Shown here in pieces: positions 25,210 to 37,583 of a stretch of 64,000 nt of DNA. The stretch lies in the NCBI GenBank assembly GCA_965112155.1, contig OZ218100.1. One strand, 5' to 3'. Source of the DNA: Podarcis liolepis. Taxonomy: Eukaryota. Position 1 is the first letter of the stretch. Every line of letters begins with the position of its first letter. Under the pieces are notes generated by a model. The model searched no databases. It worked only from the letters and a program-made list of their open reading frames with translations, and was not told where the DNA came from. Both the position numbers and the translations under genes were made by a program.

Positions 25210-25963
25210 GTACCATAAGAAATTGCAACAGTTAACAGCTGTATTATTGTTATTAATCATAATCATTGTAACAGTCATTCAGAAGTGCAACATTGAAGCC
25301 CTTCCCATGTAGTTTCCTGGGGATGTTTATGAATCATCTGGTTCACAACACAGATATCATCACTTTAATGTGATGAGAAAAGTGTGTTTATTTATCACCA
25401 AATGGTCTTCATAGCTAAGGGAAGCAAAATTTCACAATTTTGGTTCTGTGCAGTCTTACCTTATATATTTGAGATTACAGAGCTGTCTGTCTCTTAACAG
25501 AAAATAAATAAACATCAGTATCTTTAAACACAGGGTGACTCTTTCACCTGCTTCATTTCTGTATATTCATCTGCTTATACAAAAGAGGGTTTTCTTTAAT
25601 ATTTCTTTTTTTCTTTTTGTTAATGCACAGATGTTTAATAGTACTTTGCATTTATGATTTTAACTTTGATAGTGTCCCTTTCAAAGAGACAGCTGACATG
25701 ACTGCTGAGACATGGGTCAGCTTTCTTTAGACTGCCAATTTTATTCTCTGAACACTAATCAATAATGCTTTGGCTATTTTTAGACATGGGAACAGTCTGG
25801 AATTTGTATTACTAAACAAAAAACAAAAATAAAAAACCTCTTGGTTTTGATCAGCACAGCAAACCAGACCATTAATTTAACACACAGCATTTGTATTTAA
25901 GAGTAATTTTTGGAGAGCAAAGTACCTGTCATCTAAGCTTTTTCTGTTTTCATTATTCCACAG

Positions 25964-26069
25964 CCAAAGGCCCATCAGTTTGTAGTGAAATCCTTTAATA
26001 CCCCTACCAAATGCAATCAGTGCACATCTTTGATGGTTGGCTTAATAAGGCAGGGCTGTACCTGTGAAG
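25964..26069 (+). CDS. CDC42BPA: CDC42BPA C1 domain exon 1 ([35 protein letters not shown])
   Basis: ccacag acceptor, gtaaga donor; His/Cys zinc ligands present. Confidence 0.97.
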
Positions 26070-26349
26070 GTAAGATTGACTTACCATCTTATCTAGCAAA
26101 TTATCACTTCATTGTATTATTCTGTTGATTATTAAATTTTTGGATGCAAGAACAGTCCAGACCAGTTTGAAAAAGAATATTTACTTGTTTTTGTTTAATT
26201 CTGGAACTGATCCAAACTCAGATATTGCAAAAGTAACTAACAACATTGACATGAGAAATATTAATAACTTTCATACGTTACTAGATTAATCTGTTACATA
26301 TTCAATAATGAGAAATGCATATTTTGATTGATTTCTATATTTCCCCCAG

Positions 26350-26486
26350 TGTGTGGATTTTCATGCCATGTGACCTGTGCAGACAAGGCACCAGCGGTGT
26401 GCCCAATTCCACCTGAACAGACAAAGGGTCCTTTGGGTATTGACCCACAGAAAGGCATAGGAACGGCTTATGAAGGCCATGTCCGA
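26350..26486 (+). CDS. CDC42BPA: CDC42BPA C1 domain exon 2 ([19 protein letters not shown]...GTAYEGHVR)
   Basis: cccag acceptor, gtaagt donor, phase 1-0. Confidence 0.97.
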
Positions 26487-27352
26487 GTAAGTATAGGAAC
26501 ACTGAATGCCATGGTCTGATTGTAGTTTTCTTACAATAATTTATAATGCAGCATCAAACAATTTGGTTTATATTAGAATGACAATCATCTTGGCTTTTCA
26601 TTTTCTATATAATATTTTTTTCTGAGTGTGTGAATAAGAAAAGAACTACTCTGTTCTAAACTTTACCATCCCCACATTTTTATTGCATATTATTACTTCA
26701 AGCTAAGTATAATGCGCACTAAACATTTCCGCAGCTATCCAAATTATAGGAGGCCATATACACAAGAGTGGATTATGCTGGTGTAATTTACCCTATTCCA
26801 GACTGCTTTCAGGGGCGGGGCTACTGTCAACCAAGCCAGGCTGGGCCTGACAGAGAGAAAACAAGCCTTTATAAAATAGAGTTTGGCACACGACCAGCAA
26901 AAAGCGTGGTGTAACTTTCCCTGGGTTTCTAGGTGATGTGACTGAGCTGAAATAAGCTTGCAGTAAGGGCACGTTTTCAAAGAGGCCTGCCCTTCTGAAT
27001 GAAAGCGTGGAGGTTTCCTCAGACTTTTGACTCGTGTAAAAAGATGCACACTACAAACCTATTCCGATTTAACTGCCGTGGTATTTCCCAAAGGAACTGC
27101 AGAAGCTGCAGTTCTGAGAAAGGGCAAAGGATCTCTAACAAAGAATTCTCAGCAACCTCATAGAACTTCTTGTAGAAAGCCACAGTAATTAAACCCGTTT
27201 GGTTTTGCAATGCTGGCATGCTCTTGAATGACCTGCTGGTTATACATTGAGAATATACAGGGCATTTCTAATAACTAATTAATGGAATGATTTATTTATT
27301 TTTACATTTCTTTCTTTACATTTGAATATCAGTACCATTAATTTTGTTACAG

Positions 27353-27492
27353 GTCCCAAAACCAGCTGGAGTGAAGAAAGGCTGGCAAAGAGCACTGTCT
27401 GTTGTCTGTGACTTCAAGCTCTTCCTTTATGATATTGCAGAAGGAAAAGCATCTCAGCCCAGTGTGGTAGTGAGTCAGGTTCTTGATATGAG
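27353..27492 (+). CDS. CDC42BPA: CDC42BPA PH domain exon ([27 protein letters not shown]...)
   Basis: ttacag acceptor, gtagga donor, phase 0-2. Confidence 0.97.
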
Positions 27493-28114
27493 GTAGGAAG
27501 TGTCTTTTTTTTTTAATGTAAGAGACTGCAAGTGCTACCAATTATAATTCACACTGTAGAGAATTCAGTCTATGGAAGCTTCCATGTCTAAGAAATAACT
27601 CTTCTTCTTCACCAATCCTTTATTAGGCATTACGAATATAGGCCATCATAAAACATCCACATGTAAAATTTTAAAAAACATACAAAAATATGTAAGAACG
27701 AGGATTTTCATTGGAGTTTCTTCCCACTAAATAGTGCCCTTCGCTACTCTAAGAGACACTATTGACAAAACCTCAGCCACCCTTGCAGTTACTTCCAGAT
27801 TAATGTCAGACAGTTAGAATCTGATATTTTCATTGTGCCATGATGTTAGACTACCCAAAAAAAAAAAAGCAGATAGCACATGTTTTCTTAGAAAAGAATA
27901 TAGTCTACAGAAATAACATAAAAATAAAAGAAATGAAATTGGTGGTCATTCTCTTCCTAAATGACTTGAGGTTACCTTTTTAAGATAAAGAGCACTTTGT
28001 GTTGATATGCACTTCCACTATAATTTAAATAGATACTGTTTAAAAGTTAATTATAAAAGAAGTGCACTTCAGTTTGCTGATAAACATTTTTTTGCATTGT
28101 TGTTTTTCAAAAAG

Positions 28115-28196
28115 GGATGAAGAATTCTCAGTGAGTTCTGTCTTGGCTTCTGATGTCATCCATGCAAATAGAAAAGATATTCCCTGTATCTTTAGA
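28115..28196 (+). CDS. CDC42BPA: CDC42BPA PH domain exon ([27 protein letters not shown])
   Basis: aaaag acceptor, gtaagt donor, phase 2-0. Confidence 0.96.
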
Positions 28197-28844
28197 GTAA
28201 GTAATACATGTTAAAGTTGAAATCTGTTGCTTATAAGTACAGTGGAGCCAATACTGTTGTTTAATTTTTGTTTCCATTTCATTTATTATCAAAAATACCT
28301 TCATCGTTCTTTGTGGTTTCAAGTGCTCCTTGAAATTTCATGTCTTTTTCATCCAAACCCTGGACACTAGGAGGAAGTATGAAAATGTCACAACATACTA
28401 ATTTGTAATGGTCTGTGAAATGGTACTGTCCCTGAGCTAGTCTGAAGGGAACAAACATTTAACTTAGCATAAATAGAAAGCTTTGCCTGATAGTTATTGA
28501 TTGATTTTTTTCAATTAGATTTTTATCCCAGTAAATTTTGCCACTAGAAGCTCAGTACGTTGTCACGGATAGAAGAGAATGAGGGAGGTAATTTTGCTTA
28601 CCTTTACCTTCCCTCTACTGCCCCAGGCACCACCTTCCACACTATTCCAAAGGATATTCAGACCACACGAAGCAGATTTTTGGGTGCATAGGGGGCTGCT
28701 GAGGGGGGGGGCAGAGAGAGAGAGAAACAAAAAATGCCTGTCTCATCAGCAAGATGCCTCCACTGTAGCAGAAGACTTTCTTAGAAAACAGGACCACTTC
28801 CATACATGGGAGGCAAAATCTGGATCCAATCCATGGTTGTGCCC

Positions 28845-28970
28845 TTCCCATTTTTGCTTTGCAACAACCCTGTGAGATAAGCCAAGTTGAGAGAGGCTGG
28901 CTGAGCCAAGATCAGCCAGTGAGCTTCAACACTACTTAAGCAGAGATTTGAACTTCCCAAACCACTCTAT
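28845..28970 (-). mobile_element. Squam3/MIR-like SINE remnant
   Basis: caacaaccctgtgagata...cagccagtgagcttca...gatttgaac is reverse-complementary to the 5911 element. Confidence 0.6.
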
Positions 28971-29183
28971 ATCGCTAGTTCGCCTTGAAATGTGTCTATA
29001 ATGCTGAGTTCCTCAACTGATTGACTACAAGCAAGCCACAGATTATATTCAACAGATCATAAATGTCAAGGCGTCTGTTTTTCTTTGCATTGGTTTATTT
29101 TGAATATTTATCTCCTTCCTCCCTACCTCATGTGTGCCGTCTTCTACATTGCACAAAAACACACACGTCTTTACCTTTTCCAG

Positions 29184-29400
29184 GTTACAGCTTCCCAGCT
29201 ATCAGCATGCAGTAACAAGTGTTCAATCCTGATCCTAGCTGACAGCGAGAATGAAAAGAGCAAGTGGGTAGGAGTCCTAAATGAACTGCACAGGATTTTA
29301 AAGAAGAACAAACTCAAAGATCGCTCAGTCTATGTTCCCAAAGAGGCCTATGACAGCACCTTGCCCCTCATTAAAACCACCCAGGCAGCAGCAATCATAG
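29184..29400 (+). CDS. CDC42BPA: CDC42BPA PH end / CNH start exon (VTASQLS...TTQAAAII)
   Basis: ttccag acceptor, gtatgt donor, phase 0-1. Confidence 0.97.
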
Positions 29401-29960
29401 GTATGTGCTTGATAACCCCACAATAATACTTGACTCTACCGTAATGGAAGTTGGGTGGGTGCTTTCCCCCCCCCCTTTCTTTTTTGCTATGCCAGCTAGT
29501 ACAGCAGAGTAGGCCAGATACTAGATCCCTTTCCAGAAAATGGTCTGGCTTAGGATCCAATGGATAAATCCCCACTCCCTCAGAAGAAATTGCCTGTTTC
29601 ATGGCACGCCACCAGCAATAGTTTCTCACCTGCCTGTTCTTTCAGTGGACCCAGCGGGAACCTCAATAGCCACAGATCCCACCCTATATAGAGGGACACC
29701 TGCACTTAATCCTAACCCTCTATAGCAGCACTGCTGTGGGTTCTAAGTGTGCTCACTGTGTTTTTATTACACTAGGAAATTGGGGGAAATTTTGTTTTTA
29801 ATTCTTAAAAGTGATATATGGAAGTGAATGGTAAGTATTCTTTTCTAATCATTAGCCTGTTGATCTGCTATCCGATTAGCATTTGTCTTCCTTATTGGCC
29901 ATGTGCCTCCAATTGGACTTCCTCCCCACCCACCCTCTTCTTTTCTTTTAATTGCTGCAG

Positions 29961-30023
29961 ATCACGAAAGAATAGCTCTGGGCAATGAAGAAGGGTTATT
30001 TGTGGTTCATGTCACCAAGGATG
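29961..30023 (+). CDS. CDC42BPA: CDC42BPA CNH exon (DHERIALGNEEGLFVVHVTKD)
   Basis: ctgcag acceptor, gtaagg donor, phase 1-1. Confidence 0.97.
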
Positions 30024-30700
30024 GTAAGGGAACATGGCTTATGTTTGAAATGTCGGGGGTTGAAATAATAAGCTGCACATTTTGTTCTGTCAGCTCCTTC
30101 TAGTGCCGTCTTTTATTAGTTCATGATTGTGAAGTTGACAAGTCAAACTGTTCTCAGTTCTTTCCGCCTACCAAGAAAGCCTTTCAATCTGTGCTGTGTT
30201 GGCGGACTGGAACCCAGACTCAATAACTACTTCCTGAATTGGGATAAATAAGATGAACGTTCTCCATGGCTGCCTGCAAATGCCAGGGATGAAGCTTCAC
30301 CCCATGGGTCCTCAGAACCCTAGCATCTCTCTGCATCATAGGTTCTGGCCCATGACAAGATGAGGGAAGGCAGGCTCTCAACTTTTTTTCTTTTTTTAAG
30401 ATTCCCTACATGTTGATTATGACAAGTGAAGCATAACATATCCCAGCAATAAGGATTGAAGCAGAAAATTATTGTTAAAGCCATAAGAAATAAATCGTAA
30501 GGAAAAGGTAGCTGAAAGATGAGACTATGGTGGCTTGAGAAAAACCACCATAATCTGTCTTCATACAGTTCCAGCAAAATGAGAGGGAGAAATAAACAAC
30601 ACAAGCAATAGTTTGTATTGGGGCTTTAGCAAAAGATAAAATTTCAAAGGAAGATCTGCTTGTTTGCATGGGTACTAACTTAAGTGTTTAATTTTTGCAG

Positions 30701-31294
30701 AGATCATTCGTGTCGGTGACAATAAGAAAGTGCATCAGATTGAGCTCATCCCAAATGAGCAGCTAATTGCAGTGATCTCAGGACGAAACCGTCATGTACG
30801 GCTATTCCCTATGACAGCTCTGGATGGACGAGAGATTGATTTTTATAAACTGGCAGAGACTAAAGGTTGCCAGACGATAGTTTCTGGGCAAGTGCGCCAT
30901 GGAGCCCTTACCTGCCTGTGTGTGGCAATGAAAAGACAGGTCCTCTGCTATGAACTAAATCACAGCAAGACACGTCACAAAAAGATTAAAGAGATCCAAG
31001 TGGCTGGGAATGTCCAGTGGATGGCAATCTTTAGTGAGCGGCTCTGTGTGGGCTACCAGTCAGGATTCTTAAAATACCCTTTGCATGGAGAAGGAAACCC
31101 ACATAGTTTGCTTCACCCAGATGATCACACACTGTCGTTCATTGCACAGCAACCAACTGATGCCATCTGTGCAGTTGAGATCTCGAATAAGGAATACCTG
31201 CTGTGTTTTAGCAGCGTGGGGGTTTATGTGGACTGCCAAGGTCGAAGATCAAGGCAACAGGAACTGATGTGGCCTGCAACTCCTTCTTCTTCCT
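30701..31294 (+). CDS. CDC42BPA: CDC42BPA large CNH exon, 594 nt (EIIRVGDNKK...ELMWPATPSSS)
   Basis: TACTAAC branch point at 30673, ttgcag acceptor, gtaagt donor; overlaps ORF 30730..31317. Confidence 0.98.
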
Positions 31295-31838
31295 GTAAGT
31301 TCCTGTCATTATGTTAGTTCACAGTAGCCTCATTTCTCCTCCTGGTTTGAGAGAACACATGCAACATTGGGATAATATTCAGGTAGTTACTCCCTTCTTT
31401 TTCTGTAAGATGGCATCATCAACAGGCTACGTGGGGATGTTGATGCACAAAAGACATTTGTAAGAAATAGCTTTTTAAAATAATGTCATGTTTTCATAAA
31501 CAAGACACAGATGTACACATTCTTCCTTACCATTCTCTCCCTCCCACTATGAATTCTCTCTCTATTTTCTGGTCATCGTTAGTTGTAGTTTAACTCTGGG
31601 TTGCATTCAATTTGGTTATACTTTGAGTAGGTCCAGTAAAATTAATAAACACAGCTAAGTTAGGAGCAATAATTTTTGTGGGTCCTCTTAAAGTAGATTT
31701 AGTTGAATGCCACTCACAGTGTTTCATTTGGCAGGCCGTGGTTAGCAGTTGTCCTCCAAACCAGAGTCAGAAACCCACTTCAGATTATGTTTTTTGATTC
31801 TGCATTGGAAGGCAAGTGCCATACCTGGCCAGATCACT

Positions 31839-31961
31839 GAATCTTAGAATCGTAGAGGTGGAAGAGACCACAGTGGTCATCTAGTCCAACCCCATGCGAT
31901 GAAGGAATTTTTTGCCCAATGTGGGCCTCAAATCCACAACCCTGAGATTAAGAGTCTCATG
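31839..31961 (-). mobile_element. tRNA-Lys(CTT)-derived SINE with CR1 tail (Squam2-like), 5'-truncated
   Basis: On -: catgagactcttaatctcagggttgtgg...cccacattgggc (tRNA-Lys 3' half), then ggttggactagatgacc...ctacgattctaagattc (CR1 tail). Confidence 0.75.
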
Positions 31962-32726
31962 GCAGAATACGGCTGTGTGTTGCTTCTAGAACTATGTATC
32001 TAGCATAAGTAGTCCTGTTCATAGCACTGGCTTGTAGTTGTCATGACTAAAGCTGCTTGATATGAATGGTAATAAGCAAATGGCACCATACACATAAAAC
32101 AGTCCCCCCTGGTATTAGGCATACTTTACTGCTAGGCAAGAGCATCCACTACCAGCAGCACTGTTTCTCACCAGTGGTATACCAAGGTTAATAGGAACCT
32201 TAACAACTGGGGGTCCCATGACATTATACTGTACTGTTCATTTTTTTACACCAGGAAAGTATATTCACAGACCCAGATTTTAAAATATACTTGTAATATT
32301 TGTTGCAAGACCCTGCTTTCTAGAATTACCCACTCTTCAACCTGAGGTTCCAGGGTGAGTTACAACAATTAAAAAATAAAATAAATAAGTTTGAAATAAC
32401 TTGCAGTCACAGAACTAAGGTGGGTCCTCCCCATCTGAGGCAAAGTGACCAGTTCAAAATGCTATCAATAGCTGGGAAATTGAGATGAATATTAAACCAG
32501 AATTAATGTGATTAGTAAATATTGTCTTGCTTCCCAGTAATAATCAAAGATCCTTTTGTTCAGAATAAAAAATAAAATAAACTTACCATTTTCTACACAA
32601 TCATTAGAAGGATAATAAAGAAATTATTACTGTTAAGCTGTCTACAGAGTCTGTATATTGAGAAGTGACTCTTTTCTAACCTTCAACACAATCTGTTACT
32701 CAGACTTGTATTTTACTTTTCCCCAG

Positions 32727-32824
32727 GTTACAATGCCCCATACCTCTCAGTATACAGTGAAAATGCCGTTGATATATTTGATGTGAACTCCATGGAGTGG
32801 ATTCAGACTATCCCCCTCAAGAAG
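32727..32824 (+). CDS. CDC42BPA: CDC42BPA CNH exon (CYNAPYLSVYSENAVDIFDVNSMEWIQTIPLKK)
   Basis: ccccag acceptor, gtaaat donor, phase 1-0. Confidence 0.97.
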
Positions 32825-33375
32825 GTAAATAGCAAATGATACTGAAGATCAAACCATTCCATAGGATAGATTCCAACGAGAGTTAAGAGTGTTTCAACCT
32901 GTTAGCATATTCAGTCAAATGCAACTCATAAAAGAATTCCCTTTCTGCATTTATCATTTGTTATGCAATATAATTCCTCCTTCCCCTAAAATTCTCATAC
33001 ACCAGTAATTTTAAAAATTATTATATTGAGAATTATTGCATGATCACTTGTAAGGCTTTAGCTGATCATTGTGTTTTTAATTTCTTTTCTTTTTTTAATT
33101 CAAACCGCATCATTTCATCTATTGAAAAACGCCTCATGAACTTCTGTTTAATATTATGAACAAATGAAAATTAAAAAATTATACTCTATCTCAGATCTTA
33201 GGTAAAATGACTCCAGGTTTTTGGCAAAGATTTCAACACCAGTTCACTAATCAGTTTCAGGGTGTGCGTTTTTAACTGTTGTTAATTATTGTTCTGCATC
33301 ATTAGCCTTTGAGTTTGAGAAATATTTTACTAAAGCCAATCTTTACTAAGCTACTCATAACTCATGTGCTTTCAG

Positions 33376-33460
33376 GTACGTCCTTTGAACACAGAAGGAT
33401 CACTGAACGTCCTTGGACTAGAAACAGTGAGGTTAATATATTTCAAAAACAAGATGGCAG
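33376..33460 (+). CDS. CDC42BPA: CDC42BPA exon (VRPLNTEGSLNVLGLETVRLIYFKNKMA)
   Basis: tttcag acceptor, gtgagt donor, phase 0-1. Confidence 0.97.
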
Positions 33461-33507
33461 GTGAGTGAAAGAAGATTCCTCGCTAAAATTAACATATTGA
33501 TATAACC

Positions 33508-33635
33508 CAGGGATGTGGAACCTGTGGCTCTTCAGACATTGCTGGACTACCGCTTCCATCATCCCTGACCAATGGCTATGCTGATGGGAGTTAAAGCCCA
33601 ACAACACCTGGAGGGTCACAGGATCCCCATCCACG
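33508..33635. mobile_element. Palindromic hAT (Charlie/Buster-type) MITE
   Basis: cagggatgtggaacctgtgg / cacaggatccccatccacg TIR; TSD atataacc/atatagcc. Confidence 0.75.
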
Positions 33636-35434
33636 ATATAGCCCATTAAATATTGTGTATCATTGTTGATTCAGTCTCGTATAAGACATTTTTGGTTGGC
33701 CTCACAAACATTTCAGCTGTAATCTGACAAAGACACTCATTCTCTCAGGGCTAAGAACAAAATTATGAAAAAGTTATTGTACCGTGTGCCCTAAATAGCT
33801 GGGAGACTATGGAGCCTCTAGTACGGCAGCATAACTGACTTGGAAATCTATTGTTATTTTATTCTGGCCTACCATTTGTGATTCGTAGATGTTTTAGGTT
33901 CTGCTTATTTTTCCATAAATAAAATAGAAATTTTTATTGCCATTTTCTCAAACTTACAGAATAATTCTTTGCCAAAAAAAAGACTCCTGAAGCAGTTAAC
34001 AATAACACCTGCATAAATACAATAAAATCACAAACACAACTACACTTTTTGTAAAACCCAGTCCTTGATCAGAACACTAGTTGTAATAATGTATATGTTT
34101 ATTTGGGTTGGTAAAACTTAGTCCAATCGGTATAGTCACCATTGACATTTAAGACCTGCACTGTAAATAACAATGAGAAGAGGAAACAAAAGATTAGAAA
34201 TTATTTTGGCATATATATTTACTACTCCCTGTCCTGAGTGAAGTGTGAAGATTACATTATCACAAGAAATGAGTATATTTCTCTTAATAAATGTTTTAGA
34301 GTATTGAGTGTTTATAGAATATTGAGTGTATGTTCCTAGTATCAGAAAGTAGGTTGTTTATTTACAGAACCTAGGATCAGTTATTTAATCCTAGAGCAGG
34401 TTAGAAAAAACAATAAAGCTATATAAAAATAAAATGAAAACTATTTGAAAAGCAAGAAGGATATAATAGTACAACAGCTTCACAACAACCAGTTTGCAAT
34501 TCAGTATTAAATCAGTCCCCTGCAAAACTGGGTGAGCAGGTAAGTTTTTAATTGGTGCCAATTTTGATTTACCTGAAAATAATTTGGTTCTGTCAATCTT
34601 ACAAAAAATGGATAAACAACAGCAGAATAATTAGGGTTAGATGAAGTGATCTTTTCGTTTTTCCTGCTTAGTGCTGGAATTCAGTTATCTATGTGAGTTT
34701 TCTCAAAGTCTCTCCCTTCCCCCCGTGAAGCAGCCTCAAACACCTACACAGGTATAAGGTTACCTACCCCAAATAAATGGAAATGGAAGCATTTACTTAA
34801 GCATCCTGCTTTCTTCCCCTTCTATCCTACCATAACTTCTTGGATCATTCTCCCTGTACAAGTACCCACTTTGTATCATGTACCAAACATCATTCATTAT
34901 ATATATATATGCAGCTTTAAAATATAGTGGTAAGCTCAGAAATAAGCACCACGGATTCCACTGAGACTCGAGAGTTAACTCAGTAATGTGTTTAATTAAG
35001 CCCCAATACATTTGTTTCCTTTGAAAGGAGGTGACTTGGGAGCTGAGAAGTAGGGAAGAGCTTAACACTTTCCTTATTTGCTGCTGCTGCTCAAAAGATT
35101 GCCATCCCTAATCCACTTGCTTCCCTTGCCCCCATGTTTGAATCTCAGAGGGTGGCTAATTTGGGGCTGGAGAAGCAGTAGGAAGGAAACAGGTTAAGCA
35201 CCCTCCTCCCTTTGTACTTAATGTCTCTAAATTGCCCCCTCCCCAACTTAAAAAGGGGGGTGGCAAGCGCCATAGCTTATGTAAAGCATGCTTGCACGTT
35301 ATTTTTTTGTTTGTTTATATAATTTCCCAGGGGCTCTGTTTAGATAAAAACCCAGAATAGGGGAAATACGTAGCTTAACCATTTTATTAATTAACTTAAT
35401 ATGGAACCTGCTGGGTTTTTTGCATCTTTCCTAG

Positions 35435-35558
35435 AGGGTGATGAGCTGGTGGTTCCTGAGACATCTGATAACAGCCGGAAGCAAATGGTCCGAAATATCA
35501 ACAACAAACGCCGTTACTCATTCAGAGTGCCTGAGGAGGAGAGGATGCAACAGAGGAG
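35435..35558 (+). CDS. CDC42BPA: CDC42BPA exon (EGDELVVPETSDNSRKQMVRNINNKRRYSFRVPEEERMQQRR)
   Basis: tcctag acceptor, gtcggt donor, phase 1-2. Confidence 0.97.
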
Positions 35559-36831
35559 GTCGGTATTCAACCTGTACTTGTCTTCTGTACATGCCTGTAG
35601 GCCCTGAAGACTTGCTTGTCTGCTGTCAATGTAGTTTTTTTGTTAGAACAGACATTTGTCTCTCTTCCCTTACATTTACTCTTTGTACATACTTTGTATA
35701 AACACCAGTCTAAAAATCTTAGTCCATTTAAAATTAAATCCTTGTGCAAAACAATTACTGTAATTTTCTGAATGCATGCCTCCATGTACTGTATATATGT
35801 ACATTTGCGTGTGCGTGTATGTGCATATACTGTATATATGAAGATTGATAATAAAATTTTTTGCAAAAGAGGATTACATTACTAATTATGCATACGTATT
35901 ACTTTCAAAGTCTAGTTGCTGTTGTACTTTTTGGCAATGCTCATCCCATACTCTGTAACATTCCTCAGTGTTTAGATGTTATTTCTTTAATTATCCCCTT
36001 GCGTGGCTTCTATGTAACAAATGGCTCACCTTGGAAAATGGTGTCTTGGGGTATATGAAAAAACTACAAACCTTTCTGAATATTAAGAAAATGTTTTCAG
36101 TAAGCACAGGACTGATATTTCAGTGTTTCTGGCCAAGTGTTCTTTCCATCCATAGAAGTTTACATGTAACTGCAGGAAAGACATATGTAAAGAACAGAAC
36201 TTCTTCTCAAATTGCCAACCTTTTCACTGGTAAAGATAGCCAGATCTGCTTTTCTTTCTGTAAAACTATTATAGCAACACTTATTGTACAGTTGGCTAGT
36301 TTTATGCTTTCTGCTTTTCAAAGATGCAGAGAACTCTTTACTTTGTATCCTACAATAGAATGGCACCTTTCTTTACAAACTCTTAAAGTTATTGTGACAG
36401 TTAAATGTGAAGGGTAGTGCAATATTCTTCTAATTCTTCTTCTTCTTCTTCTTTTTTCTTCTGTCCTTCACCTCTGCCTCCATCTTTGCAGTGCCAGGTC
36501 ACCACTGAGCCCGCAACTGCACCTTTTCTTGAATGTTGTCTCAACTCCCTCTCTGAGTCTCAGTAGCCCTATGGACTTTTTACGGGCATGGGCTTTTAAG
36601 GCTTTAAACCAAACTTCTGTTCTTCCTGACCCTTTCCCCTTTCATCAGGCTGAGAGCTGGCATAGAATCAACACCAGAAGTTAAAGTTACCCTCCTTTGA
36701 AACCTGGCCAGATATTTTTTTTATTTATGTTTTAAAGTAACTTATATGAATATGTATGTAAATATATATTTCACCATTTTTACAAATATCCTGATGGACA
36801 AAATACCTGACCTGGCTATCCTCTCTTGCAG

Positions 36832-36949
36832 GGAGATGCTACGAGATCCAGAAATGAGAAATAAATTAATTTCTAATCCAACTAACTTTAACCACATAGC
36901 ACACATGGGCCCAGGAGATGGTATACAAATCCTTAAAGATCTACCTATG
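36832..36949 (+). CDS. CDC42BPA: CDC42BPA CRIB exon ([39 protein letters not shown])
   Basis: ttgcag acceptor, gtaagt donor; ISxPxxFxHxxH CRIB consensus. Confidence 0.98.
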
Positions 36950-37428
36950 GTAAGTATATGAGAGTGTGTCCACACATAGATGTTAGTGTTATATATAGTA
37001 GATAAAATGAACATATAGGCATTAAATTGTGATATAAATTGGAGTTGAACAGTTAGAAGGTTTTAATGAAATAGAAAGTGACTTTCATGGGCAGGGGCTT
37101 GAAAGTGATTAAAATAGAGAAATACAAATCTTAGGAACATAGAAAGCTGCCTTAAGTCCTTTTCCCATCTTGCCAGCTTGTCTGTCCTGCCTAGATGTGA
37201 TGTTCCAGGTTCTCACACAATAGGTGCTTGGAAAGACCTCTTCCTAAAATCAGTTTAACTAGAGATACCACAAGGTGAACCTGTCACTGGCAATGCCCAA
37301 GTTTACTGGCAGTGCCCATAAAGGTTAACGTTTAACAGTTAAATGTCAATGGCTGCATCTGTTGGACACACCAGTTCCACAGTTACGTTAATTAATGGAT
37401 ATGGAAACTCAGAACTAGTATTAAGGAA

Positions 37429-37583
37429 CAGATAGGTAGCCGTGTTGGTCTGCCATAGTCAAAATAAAAAAATTCCTTCCAGTAGCACCTTAAAGACCAA
37501 CTAAGTTAGTTCTTGGTATGAGCTTTCGTGTGCATGCACACTTCTTCAGATACACACATTCTTCAGATGCACACTTCTTCAGA
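37429..37583 (-). mobile_element. Penelope-like element terminal fragment, 155 bp
   Basis: gtagccgtgttggtctg...gtagcaccttaaagaccaac...gagctttcgtg...cacttcttcagat signature; 13-bp TSD tagtattaaggaa at 37416-37428 and 37584-37596. Confidence 0.8.
37516..37553 (-). ncRNA. Minimal type I hammerhead ribozyme motif within the Penelope-like fragment
   Basis: - strand reads GUAU CUGAAGA A GUGUG-CAUG-CACAC GAAA GC UC|AUAC: full core, stem I 4 bp, stem II 5 bp, palindromic AGCU in place of stem III. Confidence 0.7.

Noticed and set aside
31913-31961. tRNA-Lys(CTT) gene on the - strand
   Set aside because: Only the 3' half is present, the T-loop is mutated and it is fused to a CR1 tail, so it is a SINE
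35968-36417. 149-aa intronic ORF
   Set aside because: Non-ATG start, composition typical of AT-rich intron, no motif and no splice support
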